DNA from: an uncultured virus (IMG/VR IMGVR_UViG_3300005533_000011)
Lineage: Duplodnaviria; Heunggongvirae; Uroviricota; Caudoviricetes
Strand: one strand, 5' to 3'
DNA: 64,000 nucleotides
IMG/VR virus record: IMGVR_UViG_3300005533_000011
The translations under genes were made by a program, and so were the position numbers. Each line of letters begins with the position of its first letter. Within the stretch, counting starts at the first letter, position 1. Under the pieces are notes generated by a model. That model was given only the letters and a program-made list of their open reading frames with translations, ran no database searches and was not told the DNA's origin. This document shows positions 18,651 through 28,152 of the stretch, piece after piece.

Positions 18651-20297
18651 ATGCCCACGGCGCTCGAATCCTTCCCCGCTGGAAAAATCCCACGCCCGGA
18701 ACAAAAGCAGGCGATCGCGGAAATCGAACGGCTCTACGAAGCCGGCCAGAACATCGTCGCCTTCCAGGGCCCCACCGGAGTCGGAAAGACGTTCGTGGCC
18801 GCGGCCTTCGCCAAGAAGGAAGCGAACCTCGCCCACAAGACGCACATCATCACCGTTCAAAAAAACCTGCAGGACCAGTACTCTGCGGATTTCCCGCCGC
18901 CCTTCATCGAGGTCATGAAAGGGCGCACGAACTACAAGTGCGGCTACGAGCCCTGGGAAAACCGGAATGCCTCGCGAGGATACTGCCGGCGCGTCGAGAA
19001 GAGCGCTCTCATCCGGCAGTGCCTGAAGGGAGGCAATGTCGAGCAGGGACAGAAGCTGGAGCTACCTCCCGAGGCTTATGCCTGCGACTACTGGAGCCAG
19101 CTCTCCCGTGCGTCGCGCGCCCCCATCACCCTCTTCAATTTCCAAAGTTTCCTTTTCCAGCAGCGCCTGGGTCGCTTCGGCAAGCGCGATTTCATGGTCA
19201 TCGACGAGTGCCACAATGCCGAGAACATCCTGCTCCAGTTCGTCCAGATCACCCTTTCGGATAAGGTCCTGAAGCACCTGGGCGTCCGGCTCGACCTTCG
19301 CCTCAACACCGGCCAGGACGTCCTGGCCTGGATCGACCGTGAACGCGTCGTCGAGAAAATCGTCGAGCACCTGGGCTCCTCGGTGAACAACGAGGCGGTC
19401 CCGGACGGACTCACCCCTGCGGAGACTGACCAGCTGAAAGGCCTCCTCCAGCGCGTCGAGGACCTCCGGAAGTATCTCGATCTCACCGAATGGGTCGTGG
19501 ATGTGACCGAGGATCCGGACCCCGAAGACCCGAACGACAAGACGAGGAAGCTCCGCGTGCGCCCCGTCTTCGTCGGGCTCTTCGCGAAGGAGCTCATCTT
19601 CTCCAAGGCCGACCGCATCCTCGCCATGTCGGCCACCATTCTCGATCCCAAGATCTGGGCCCGGAACCTCGGGATCCGCCAGGCGGACCTGGGCTACGTC
19701 GAGGTGCCGTGTCTCTTCCCCGTCAAGAACCGGCCGATCTTCCTCGAGTACGCCGGCGACATGAGCTGGAAGAACCTGGAAGGCACGCTTCCGCGGCTCT
19801 TCCCGACGGTGAGCCGGATCCTCGAGCGCCACCGCGGCCAGCGCGGAATCATCCACGGCCACAGCGAGAGGCTCTGTAAGCAGATTCTCCAGAACGTCCG
19901 CTCCCCGCGGTTCCTGCATCTCGACATGTTCCCCGGCCGCGACAAGTCCGCGATGCTCCGGGAGCACATGAAACGCCCCGACTCCGTCCTCGTCGCCAGC
20001 GCCATGCACGAGGGCGTGGACCTCAAGGACGAATGGGCGCGCTTCCAGATCATCACGAAGGTCCCGTGGCCGACGACCGAGGACAAGTTCGTCAAGGTGC
20101 GGATGGAGCACGATGGATCATACCTGCCCTATAACTGCGCGCTCAAGCTCGTCCAGTCCTACGGCAGGATCGTGAGGCACGACAAGGATTTCGGGATCAC
20201 ATACATCACGGACGCCGGCTTCGATTCCTTCCTCATCCGCTGCGGCTGGCTTTTGCCGAAGTGGTTCAGCGAGGCGATCCAGAAGCGAAATCAATAG
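18651..20297 (+). CDS. DinG/XPD-family SF2 DNA helicase
   Basis: Q-motif RPEQ, GPTGVGKT, KGRTNYKC with a Cys cluster, DECH, SAT, EGVD, QSYGRIVRH. Confidence 0.9.
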   Translation: MPTALESFPAGKIPRPEQKQAIAEIERLYEAGQNIVAFQGPTGVGKTFVAAAFAKKEANLAHKTHIITVQKNLQDQYSADFPPPFIEVMKGRTNYKCGYEPWENRNASRGYCRRVEKSALIRQCLKGGNVEQGQKLELPPEAYACDYWSQLSRASRAPITLFNFQSFLFQQRLGRFGKRDFMVIDECHNAENILLQFVQITLSDKVLKHLGVRLDLRLNTGQDVLAWIDRERVVEKIVEHLGSSVNNEAVPDGLTPAETDQLKGLLQRVEDLRKYLDLTEWVVDVTEDPDPEDPNDKTRKLRVRPVFVGLFAKELIFSKADRILAMSATILDPKIWARNLGIRQADLGYVEVPCLFPVKNRPIFLEYAGDMSWKNLEGTLPRLFPTVSRILERHRGQRGIIHGHSERLCKQILQNVRSPRFLHLDMFPGRDKSAMLREHMKRPDSVLVASAMHEGVDLKDEWARFQIITKVPWPTTEDKFVKVRMEHDGSYLPYNCALKLVQSYGRIVRHDKDFGITYITDAGFDSFLIRCGWLLPKWFSEAIQKRNQ

Positions 20298-20363
20298 GTT
20301 GCGACACGCCTGTCACCGCGCCACAAAAAATAGGCACTTTTTTTATTCATCTTTGCTTTACGC

Positions 20364-20391
20364 TTGACTCTCCTTTTTTCAGGGCTAGACT
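20364..20391 (+). promoter_or_regulatory. Sigma70-type promoter with upstream A/T tracts
   Basis: TTGACT-16 bp-TAGACT preceded by AAAAAA/TTTTTTT (UP-element-like). Confidence 0.6.
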
Positions 20392-20397
20392 CCATCT

Positions 20398-20515
20398 CGC
20401 GCCTAACGCGGAAGTTCATCGCTCTGTTGTGAAATTGGAGAAGGGGAATGATTCTATCTCCCGAGCATCTCGGGCTGTGCCGTCGCATGCCTCCGACGCT
20501 CCTGCGTTAGGCGCG
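20398..20515 (+). ncRNA. Candidate structured leader RNA/ncRNA
   Basis: CGCGCCTAACGCGG (20398-20411) pairs with CTGCGTTAGGCGCG (20502-20515), enclosing internal hairpins; starts at the predicted +1. Confidence 0.45.
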
Positions 20516-20594
20516 CTGGGTCGTTCGACGGATCACGGCGGCATAGCTCGAGACGTTCGCGGGAACAGTGGCGTGGAGAGTAGTGAGGGAAGGC

Positions 20595-22640
20595 ATGCCT
20601 CCTCCGGCGGTATCGGTTTCAGCGAAAGATTTTCTATCGGCGATCTGGGGGGACACCAAGGGGGTCGCCGAACTCACGATCATCGGCAAGGAATTCACGA
20701 AGGCGCTCGCCTTCGATGCCCCCGAGGGAATCAGCTCCCTGGTCGACGCCGCCCCCCGCCACAACGCCACCGGCAACGTGTACGTGGGCATCTGCCTCCG
20801 CCGGGAGCGTTGGCCCAAGCCCACCGGGCGCTTCCTTCCTGACGGGAAGCCCGAGATCGCCAAGCGCGGGACCGAGGACAACGTCATCGCCTCGTGGTGC
20901 GTGTGGTGCGAATTCGACTTCCCCGGCCCGGGTCACAAGGGCAAGGTCTGTCCTCCGGAGATCGCCAAGAAGATGCTCCAGGACTTCCCGCTCAAGCCCT
21001 CGATCGTCGTGAAAAGCGGCGGCGGCATCCAACCCTACTGGCTCTTCAAGGAACCCGTGACCGGGGACGACATCTGGCGGGTGAAGACCATCAACAAAGC
21101 CCTTGTCGCGCACTTCACCAAGGATCAACACGGGGCGGATCCCCAATGCGTGGACCTGGCCAGGATCTTCAGGCTCCCCGGGACCAAGAACCTGAAGTAC
21201 AACCCGGTGCGCATCGTGGAAGTCTCCTGGTGGGATCCGAACAGGCGGTACATCCTCGACGATTTCGACTTCCTGCCCCAGGAGGATCCCCAGCCGCTCT
21301 TCAACGCGGGCACGGGGCCCATCGGCCCCGTTCCCCCGCTGCAGACGCACGGGATGGCGCGCCCAGGCATGGACGGGGCCCCGCGGCAGGTGCCCTCCAT
21401 CACCTTGAACGAGGAGACGATCCGCGAGATCGGTAAACTCCTGGGAGGTATATGGTTCGAGGGCCACCGCCACCAGATGGCCCTCACGGTCGCCGGGATG
21501 CTCGCCTGGAGCGGCATCAAGTACGAGTCCACCGCGGCGATCATCCAGATCGCCTCGACTATTGCTGGCGGCGACACGCAGAAGCGACTTAAGGATGTCC
21601 AGGACACCTACAACAACTTCTCCATGGGGAAGGAAGTCTCCGGGAAGCCGAAGCTCCTCGAGATGGTGAAGACCGAGTTCCCGGATGCCTTCCGGAACAA
21701 GGCCAACCAGGCAATAAATTCCATCGTGAAGATGCTCCCGAAGCCCCCGGGCGACGGGGACAACGGCGACGACGACGACCAGGGCGGCGCTGAGCCCGAC
21801 TTCGACATCGTGAAGATCATGAAGTTCGACTCCCGGCCGGCGCGCTTCAAGGTCTTCATCCGGAAGCACGGCGAGGACACCCAGTACGAGGTCGAGTGCG
21901 AAACCCAGGTCCTCACCGATATCCGACTCTTCCGGAAGGCCTTCTTCGAGGCCACCGAGAACAAGTTCATCGCCTACATCAAGCAATGGCGCTGGGAGCA
22001 GCTTGTCGCCGCGGCACCCCTTGAGATCCGGAAGGCCCCCAAAGTTGCGACGGTCGGGGGTGCCATCCTCACGGTCCTCGAGGAGTTCCTCGAGCAGAAG
22101 AAGGAGAACCCGGAACTCGGGATCCTGAAGACCTTCCCGGGCTATAACGACACCGAGATCTTTTTCCAGTACCGGGCCTTCAAGGGGCGCCTCAAGGACC
22201 ATGGCCTCAAGGCCAGCGACCAGACCATCTCGGACATCCTCGAGCAGGACGGCTGGACCAACCAGCGGCGGTGGATCGGCGACAAAAACCCCCACCTCTG
22301 GGTCAAGCCGCTCAAGGCCCAGGAAGAGCCGAAGGACGAGATCAAACCCCCCGAGCCCCCTCCCGCCCAGCCCGAACTGTTCCTCAAGGAGCCTGAAGGC
22401 ACCCCTCCCGAGGCCCTGCCGAAGGCCGATCCTGTACTGACCGAACCCTCTCCCGACACCCCCCAAACCGACCCGGTAGGTTCCGGTACAGCCGGTACGG
22501 AGACCCCAGCCAAAGAGCCCGGAACCGTGGGTCCGGCTCTTCCTGACCGCGATTCCGAAGAGAAAATCGAGTCCTGGGAGGATCTCCCATGGGATGTCGG
22601 GGAGGGTCCGGAAGGTGATTCGCCTGAAAACCGCCTTTAA
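20595..22640 (+). CDS. RepB-type/AEP-superfamily DNA primase with PriCT-like helical domain and low-complexity C-tail
   Basis: VWCEFDF, PSIVVKSGGGIQPYW, D..RIFRLPGTKN.K and EGHRH motifs; no P-loop seen. Confidence 0.75.
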   Translation: MPPPAVSVSAKDFLSAIWGDTKGVAELTIIGKEFTKALAFDAPEGISSLVDAAPRHNATGNVYVGICLRRERWPKPTGRFLPDGKPEIAKRGTEDNVIASWCVWCEFDFPGPGHKGKVCPPEIAKKMLQDFPLKPSIVVKSGGGIQPYWLFKEPVTGDDIWRVKTINKALVAHFTKDQHGADPQCVDLARIFRLPGTKNLKYNPVRIVEVSWWDPNRRYILDDFDFLPQEDPQPLFNAGTGPIGPVPPLQTHGMARPGMDGAPRQVPSITLNEETIREIGKLLGGIWFEGHRHQMALTVAGMLAWSGIKYESTAAIIQIASTIAGGDTQKRLKDVQDTYNNFSMGKEVSGKPKLLEMVKTEFPDAFRNKANQAINSIVKMLPKPPGDGDNGDDDDQGGAEPDFDIVKIMKFDSRPARFKVFIRKHGEDTQYEVECETQVLTDIRLFRKAFFEATENKFIAYIKQWRWEQLVAAAPLEIRKAPKVATVGGAILTVLEEFLEQKKENPELGILKTFPGYNDTEIFFQYRAFKGRLKDHGLKASDQTISDILEQDGWTNQRRWIGDKNPHLWVKPLKAQEEPKDEIKPPEPPPAQPELFLKEPEGTPPEALPKADPVLTEPSPDTPQTDPVGSGTAGTETPAKEPGTVGPALPDRDSEEKIESWEDLPWDVGEGPEGDSPENRL

Positions 22641-22800
22641 TATATCCAGCGAAAAAAAAACGATGCAACCCATTGATTTAAAAGGTTTAAAAGAGGTCGG
22701 TATAGTCGGTATAGTCGGTATCTATTCGATCGCCAATAACTTAGATTGTACCGCCCTCTTTTGAGGTCGGTATATTTTTTGGCCTCGCGAGATGTAGACG
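22641..22800. other. Probable replication origin (AT-rich with iteron-like repeats)
   Basis: A9 tract, TTTAAAAG x2, tandem GTCGGTAT(A/C) x3 at 22696-22722 and a fourth copy at 22766-22774; lies between primase and helicase. Confidence 0.55.
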
Positions 22801-22857
22801 GTTTTGGAAAACCGAGCGCCCGAGCTGGCCTCCGGCCCGGGTTCTGACGAGGGACGC

Positions 22858-25800
22858 ATGCCAAGAGACATCGTGGTGCTAGGCCCCCCGGGGACGGGCA
22901 AGTGCGTCCATCCGGACACCCTGATCCTGACGGACGACGGTCTCGTTGCGGCGGGGGCCCTCTGCCGGGAGTGGCCAGCTCCTGACGAGGCCGCGCCTCT
23001 CAGGAAGGGGGTCTACGGGTTGTTCGGGCGGCAGGAGACCTCCGGTTTTTACAACGGGGGAGTCAAGGAGTCCAGGCTCCTCAAGACTAGGAGGGGCTAC
23101 GAGCTCATAGGCACGCCCCAACATCCGGTTTGGACGCTCCGCGAGGGACGGCCGCAATGGGTCAAGCTCGGGGACGTTCGCATCGGAGACCGGGTCGCGA
23201 TCCAGTCCGGCCTCAAGGTCTTTCCATCTCACGAACCCGAGTTGCCCGCGGTCGCGGAGCCTCTTCACTGGCGCCGCGGGGTGACCAAAGCAGTTCGGGC
23301 TCCCGGACGAATGGAACCTGAACTTGCGGAATGGCTCGGCTGGTTTGTGAGCGAGGGATGCAACAGACCTTCGAACAAATACGCATTGCTGTTCTCGAAT
23401 TACGATCCCGGCGTCATCGACCGCATGGACTTTCTCACCAGGAAGCTCTTCGGGATCGGTCTGGGCTGGCGAGGGAGCCGCACTGATTTTTCGATGGATT
23501 CGTCGCTGCTGAAGAAGTGGTTGCGCAGCATCGGAGTCGACGGCTTGTCTTCCGACAAACGCGTGCCGCCCGTCGTGCTCCGTTCGACGATGGAGTCGCA
23601 ACGCGCCTATCTGAGAGCCGCCTTCGAAGCCGACGGGTCAGCGACCGAAAGCCGATGCGCGATAGAATTCTCGACGGCATCGGAAAAAATGGCGGCGGAA
23701 GTCCAGCTAATGCTCCTCAATTTCGGGATTTTCTCCACGCGGTCGGCAAAGCTCGCGACCACGAAACGATGGGGCCGGCGTCCATACAGCCGTCTCCTAC
23801 TGTCGGGCGTCGATGCCATCGCCTTTGTCAGGGAAATCGGGTTTGCAGAGGGCAGCATCAAGCAAGGTCAGGTGGTCAGAAAGCCGACGAATGCTTGGAA
23901 CTTGAGAGGGCTGCCCTCCGATTTCGTGACTGCGCGCTATCGTGAGATTCGCGAGCATATGAAGGCCATCGGCCTGGAAAAGGGGCGCGCCTTCTGGAGA
24001 TGCAACAAGACCGTCGCCCGTGCACTGGCCGGTAGCAGGAAAGATTCGTCTCACCAGCTCGTCGCCACCTCGACAGTTGGCAGGGCCTTGGAAGCTTTTG
24101 AAGAGGTGAAGGACTGCGCCGGCTACCGGCAGCTATTTGAGGAGGCGAACAGCGGGAGGATGTGGGATGAGGTCCATTGCTGCGTGGCCGGCGACCCGGT
24201 CCAGGTGGTGGATCTGGTCGTTCCCGAAGGTCATTCGTTCATCGGGAACGGCATCATCTGCCACAATACGGAATCCATGATCACGGTCTCCCGGAACTGG
24301 CTCAAGACGAAGGCCTGCGACCGGAACGAGATCGCCTACCTCGCGTTCACGAAGGCGGCCGCCGGCGAAGCCGCCTCCCGCATCATCGACGAGGACCTCC
24401 GGCGGGACGTGGGCGACAAGATGCCCTACTTCCGGACGCTCCACAGCCTGGCCTACCGGGGCATGCGGAAGGAGAAGGACGACCTACGCCCCCTGACCAC
24501 TTCGGACATGAAGCACTTCGCCCAGGTCTCCTCGATGCAGGGGATCTACGCCGTCCACGAGTACGAAGACCTGTCGGAGGCCTACTCGCTCCAGGAGAAC
24601 TTCGGCCGCACCGAATGGGACAAGTGCCTGACGGCCTACACGCTCAGCCGGATCTCCGCCCGGAACGTGAACGAGCTCGCCGCGGCGTCCCGGAAGATGT
24701 GCCCCGCGGCCGAGAAGATGTCCGGCTGGATCGACGAGGACCAGTACCGGGCCTTCATCCGGCACTACGAGACCTACAAGAAGGCGAACGGCCTGCTCGA
24801 CTTCACGGACATGCTGGCCTTCGGTCTCACTGAGATGCAGCCCCTCGACGACGTCAAGTACGTCGTCATCGACGAGGCGCAGGACCTCGCGCCCATACTC
24901 TTCGCCATCGTCGACCGGCTCTTCCGGAACGCGAAGGAGATCTGGTGGGCGGGCGACGACGATCAGTGTTTGTACACGTTCGCAGCAGCCGACGCCCGGC
25001 TTTTCATCGACCGTGCAAGAAAGGCTCACACGCGGATCTTCCTCCGGGACACGCATCGCTTCGGAATCGAGATCGTGAACGTCGCCGGCCAGATCATCCG
25101 GCAAGTGAAAAACAGAGTCCCGAAAGAAGTCGTCGGAGTGCCAGGCCGCGGCCATGTGATTCACTCCACTGGCGAGTTCAAGCCCATCGTGGCGAAGATG
25201 CTGCTCCTCCACCGGCATGTGATGGGGTGCCAGGCGCTCGCCTCGACCTACTTCGCGGCCGGCCTCCCCTTCAGGAACGAGCGCGGCCGCGATCCGCTCG
25301 GCGCCAGCCAGCGAATGAAGGCCTTCAAAGCAATGCGCGACCTGGCGGACGGCAAGGAAGTCACCCTGGGCGCGATCCACCGACTCGTGGACGACCTCAT
25401 GCCGAGCGTCCTGGTCGACGAAGAAAAGGGAGAGAAGAAACGCCTCGTTGTCCACGGCGCAAAGAAGAAACTCCAGGATTCCGGTACCGGATCGGCAAAC
25501 ATCCTCGACCTCATGCGCATGAAGATCCTGACCGAGGACGGCGCCGACCTCATCCGCGGAAAGCACTTCCGCAGCCTGAAGCACGCCGACGACCTCGAGT
25601 ATTACGACCGCGTGATCGACAACGGCTATTCCCTCGAGACGGTCGACGAGCAGGACCAGATCAACGTGCCGGTCATCACGACGATCCACGGCGCCAAGGG
25701 ACGGCAGTCGCCGCGCGTCGTGGTCTTCAACGAGATGGGCCGGAAGTGCGGGGAGGACGACATGGACACGGAGCACCGCCTGGCCTACGTCGCAGCGACC

Positions 25801-25887
25801 CGGACGAGCGGCGAACTCGAAGTCTGCAGCGAGCGGATGGTGGACTGGGCGGAAAAAATGTACGAGTATCCGCTCAAGGAGAAATGA
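22858..25887 (+). CDS. UvrD/Rep-like SF1 helicase interrupted by an intein
   Basis: GPPGTGK[intein]T, AFTKAAA, FRTLHSL, DFTDML, DEAQD, AGDDDQ, TIHGAKG, YVAATR. Confidence 0.9.
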   Translation: MPRDIVVLGPPGTGKCVHPDTLILTDDGLVAAGALCREWPAPDEAAPLRKGVYGLFGRQETSGFYNGGVKESRLLKTRRGYELIGTPQHPVWTLREGRPQWVKLGDVRIGDRVAIQSGLKVFPSHEPELPAVAEPLHWRRGVTKAVRAPGRMEPELAEWLGWFVSEGCNRPSNKYALLFSNYDPGVIDRMDFLTRKLFGIGLGWRGSRTDFSMDSSLLKKWLRSIGVDGLSSDKRVPPVVLRSTMESQRAYLRAAFEADGSATESRCAIEFSTASEKMAAEVQLMLLNFGIFSTRSAKLATTKRWGRRPYSRLLLSGVDAIAFVREIGFAEGSIKQGQVVRKPTNAWNLRGLPSDFVTARYREIREHMKAIGLEKGRAFWRCNKTVARALAGSRKDSSHQLVATSTVGRALEAFEEVKDCAGYRQLFEEANSGRMWDEVHCCVAGDPVQVVDLVVPEGHSFIGNGIICHNTESMITVSRNWLKTKACDRNEIAYLAFTKAAAGEAASRIIDEDLRRDVGDKMPYFRTLHSLAYRGMRKEKDDLRPLTTSDMKHFAQVSSMQGIYAVHEYEDLSEAYSLQENFGRTEWDKCLTAYTLSRISARNVNELAAASRKMCPAAEKMSGWIDEDQYRAFIRHYETYKKANGLLDFTDMLAFGLTEMQPLDDVKYVVIDEAQDLAPILFAIVDRLFRNAKEIWWAGDDDQCLYTFAAADARLFIDRARKAHTRIFLRDTHRFGIEIVNVAGQIIRQVKNRVPKEVVGVPGRGHVIHSTGEFKPIVAKMLLLHRHVMGCQALASTYFAAGLPFRNERGRDPLGASQRMKAFKAMRDLADGKEVTLGAIHRLVDDLMPSVLVDEEKGEKKRLVVHGAKKKLQDSGTGSANILDLMRMKILTEDGADLIRGKHFRSLKHADDLEYYDRVIDNGYSLETVDEQDQINVPVITTIHGAKGRQSPRVVVFNEMGRKCGEDDMDTEHRLAYVAATRTSGELEVCSERMVDWAEKMYEYPLKEK
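22903..24267 (+). mobile_element. Intein with LAGLIDADG homing endonuclease (455 aa)
   Basis: Starts CVHPDT, block B GTPQHPV, LGWFVSEG and LRAAFEADGS, ends FIGNGIICHN followed by Thr; codon usage differs from the exteins. Confidence 0.92.
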
Positions 25888-25945
25888 CGCCGTGTCACCG
25901 GACGGCACGGCGGGATGTTACGCTGTCTTCCAGGATGGTGCAGCG

Positions 25946-26191
25946 ATGAAGAAGGTCGGTTCGATCGACACGAAGGGGATGGGCAGAGTTCTCGCAGTTC
26001 CCCACGGGGAGTTCGGGCTCCGGCCCTTCATCTGCCCGAAGTTCGAAGGGCTGTCCTGCATCTCCAGGTCGGCCGATTCGGTCTGTTCGGGCTATTGCGG
26101 GAAGGCCGATCCTGAGAAGGGCATGCCAGAAGGTTGGACCTACGTCTATTGCCAATACGCGGACCAGGAAAGGAAGGAGGGCGTCAAGTGA
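25946..26191 (+). CDS. Small Cys-rich hypothetical protein
   Basis: Stop overlaps the ssb GTG. Confidence 0.5.
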   Translation: MKKVGSIDTKGMGRVLAVPHGEFGLRPFICPKFEGLSCISRSADSVCSGYCGKADPEKGMPEGWTYVYCQYADQERKEGVK

Positions 26192-26583
26192 ACCTGAACT
26201 CGGTGATTCTGGCCGGGAACCTGACGAAGGACCCGGAGCTGCGGAACACGCAGAGCGGCGCCGCAGTCTGTTCGTTTTCGATCGCGTCGAACCGCCAGTG
26301 GTTCGACAAGGCATCGAACCAGAAAAAAGAGGAGGTCTCGTACGTCGACTGCGAGGCCTGGGGAAAGACTGCGGAGCTCGTCGCGCAGTTCCTGAAGAAG
26401 GGCCGCGGCTGCATCGTGCAGGGCCGGCTCAAGCAGGACCGCTGGCAGACGAACGACGGACAGCCTCGCTCGAGGCTCAAGGTGGTCGCGGACAACGTCC
26501 AGTTCCTCGGGAAGGGAGGGGGCCAGCAGGACGAACAGGCCCCCGCGGCCGACTCCCAGGTGGAGGAGGACGTTCCGTTCTAG
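26188..26583 (+). CDS. ssb: Single-stranded DNA-binding protein
   Basis: NSVILAGNLTKDPELR, DCEAWGKTAE, KKG...V.GRL, acidic EEDVPF tail; GGAGG RBS. Confidence 0.95.
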   Translation: MNLNSVILAGNLTKDPELRNTQSGAAVCSFSIASNRQWFDKASNQKKEEVSYVDCEAWGKTAELVAQFLKKGRGCIVQGRLKQDRWQTNDGQPRSRLKVVADNVQFLGKGGGQQDEQAPAADSQVEEDVPF

Positions 26584-26692
26584 TGTCCTAAAACGACACA
26601 TTGCCCCGGTAGGATTCCGGAGCAAGAGCGGCCGCCCCGGGCCGGACCTGGCCCTGGAGAGGATCCCGAACGCAATTCCGTCCCGGGGCGGC
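26584..26692 (+). other. Run of hairpins downstream of ssb
   Basis: GTGTC/GACAC, TTGC-CCGG/CCGG-GCAA and an 11-bp GCCGCCCCGGG/CCCGGGGCGGC stem. Confidence 0.5.
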
Positions 26693-26712
26693 ACGGCGCC
26701 AGAGGATTCCCG

Positions 26713-26741
26713 TTGACCAGCACCCTTAAACCCGGTAGCAT
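26713..26741 (+). promoter_or_regulatory. Sigma70-type promoter
   Basis: TTGACC-17 bp-TAGCAT; spacer ends TTAAACCCGG; GAGGAG RBS downstream. Confidence 0.6.
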
Positions 26742-26765
26742 AGTCCCGGAAACAGAGGAGACTTC

Positions 26766-27905
26766 ATGCCCGAAACCCATGAGCTCACGATCGGCCACGA
26801 CCAGGACCTTTACGAGTCCTTCGAACTGGCCGATGAGCAGCAGATCATCGCCGAGATCTCCGGCCGCGTCACCGACAAGTACGTCTACGAGCTGAAGGGC
26901 GTCAAGGACCAGAGCGGGAACCCGGTGAACGGGCTCTCGTACGCCGGCACGAACTGGGCGTGCCGCGAGTACGCCAAGCAAGGTGAGGTCATCCGGATCG
27001 TCGACAAGGACTTCCGATCCGACCCCACGAATGACCAGTACATCATCGTCGTGGTCACCGCGCAGCGCTTCAGCGTCCATCCGGAGACCGGGAAGGAGAT
27101 CGCGCTCGACTCGACCATCGGCATCAAGCGCCAGTGGCGAATGATGAAAAAAAAGCGGTACGTCGACGGACAGGAAGACGGCTACGACATCGTCGAAGAC
27201 CCGTTCTTCTGGGAGAAGGCGTGCTCGAAGGCGATCCGGAACGCGAAGCAGGGCCTCATCCCGGTCGACATCGTGAAGAAGCTCATCTCGGAAGCGCTCA
27301 ACAAGAAGAACGGGCAGGACGTCCATCCCCGCCAGGGCGGATCGCCGAAGCAGCAGCAGCGGAACGCCTCGAAGGGCGGCGGCGGCGCCGCGGCCTCCGG
27401 CGGCCAGCAGGGAGACCAGAAGCCTCCGGGCGAGCAGAAGCAGGCCGAGCAGAAACAGACCGAACAGAAGACCGCGCAGGGGACCTCGTCGACGACACCT
27501 CCCCCGTCGTCCGCGGGTCCCGAAAATTCGTCGTCGGCCGCCAGCGCTTCCGGCGGGACGCAGGAGGGGGCCGGGAAACAGAAGGCCTCGAGGGACGTCC
27601 TCAACCAGAAGTTCGAGGCGATCCTGAAACAGGCCTTCAAGACGCAGGACGGCGAGCAAGCCCGCGCGGGCCTCGCCAAGCTGACGGGAATCGCGAAAAT
27701 CTCCGATCTTCCCGACGACAAGCTCAAGGACCTTGGGAACCTGCTCCACGGAGTAATCAAGAACAAGAACAAGATCGATGCCAACAAGATCCTGTCGGCC
27801 GAAGGCCAGGTTCTCTGGAAGGGTCCGGAACCGGCTTCCGCGGCCGGGGCTGCGCCGCCTCCCGCCGACGCGCCGCCGGAAGACAAGGAATTCAACCCGT
27901 TCTGA
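26766..27905 (+). CDS. Putative single-strand annealing/recombination protein (Rad52/Sak/Erf-like)
   Basis: Next to ssb; EKACSKAIRNA helix resembles SSAP cores; low-complexity linker; acidic EFNPF tail. Confidence 0.45.
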   Translation: MPETHELTIGHDQDLYESFELADEQQIIAEISGRVTDKYVYELKGVKDQSGNPVNGLSYAGTNWACREYAKQGEVIRIVDKDFRSDPTNDQYIIVVVTAQRFSVHPETGKEIALDSTIGIKRQWRMMKKKRYVDGQEDGYDIVEDPFFWEKACSKAIRNAKQGLIPVDIVKKLISEALNKKNGQDVHPRQGGSPKQQQRNASKGGGGAAASGGQQGDQKPPGEQKQAEQKQTEQKTAQGTSSTTPPPSSAGPENSSSAASASGGTQEGAGKQKASRDVLNQKFEAILKQAFKTQDGEQARAGLAKLTGIAKISDLPDDKLKDLGNLLHGVIKNKNKIDANKILSAEGQVLWKGPEPASAAGAAPPPADAPPEDKEFNPF

Positions 27906-27918
27906 TCGGAGGGCGAAC

Positions 27919-28146
27919 GTGAGGCACATCCTGAGGGTTCTCGTCGTCTTGGCGGCCGCGGCGCTCGCGTCGTGCGACCAGGGCCCGGCGCCGGCGGCCG
28001 ACCAGTCGTGGACGAAGCTCGGCAACGTCGCCGACGGCTCGGGCGGCGCCACGGTCTTCAAGCGGACCGACCCCGACAACGGGAACACGATCTACGTCGC
28101 GATCGGCGTCAACACGTGCAGCGTCTCGGTCATCCCGAAGAAGTGA
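27919..28146 (+). CDS. Small lipoprotein
   Basis: GTG with GGAGG RBS; signal peptide ending in an LAS-C lipobox. Confidence 0.7.
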   Translation: MRHILRVLVVLAAAALASCDQGPAPAADQSWTKLGNVADGSGGATVFKRTDPDNGNTIYVAIGVNTCSVSVIPKK

Positions 28147-28152
28147 GGCGCC

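Noticed and set aside
20634..22673. Long minus-strand ORFs in the right arm (also 24484-25908, 26580-28088, 34651-36465, 38342-39874)
   Set aside because: Shadows of well-supported plus-strand genes; no motifs or RBSs.
22696..22774. CRISPR array
   Set aside because: 9-bp tandem units with no spacers; the Cas4-like nuclease at 40144 has no cas neighbours.
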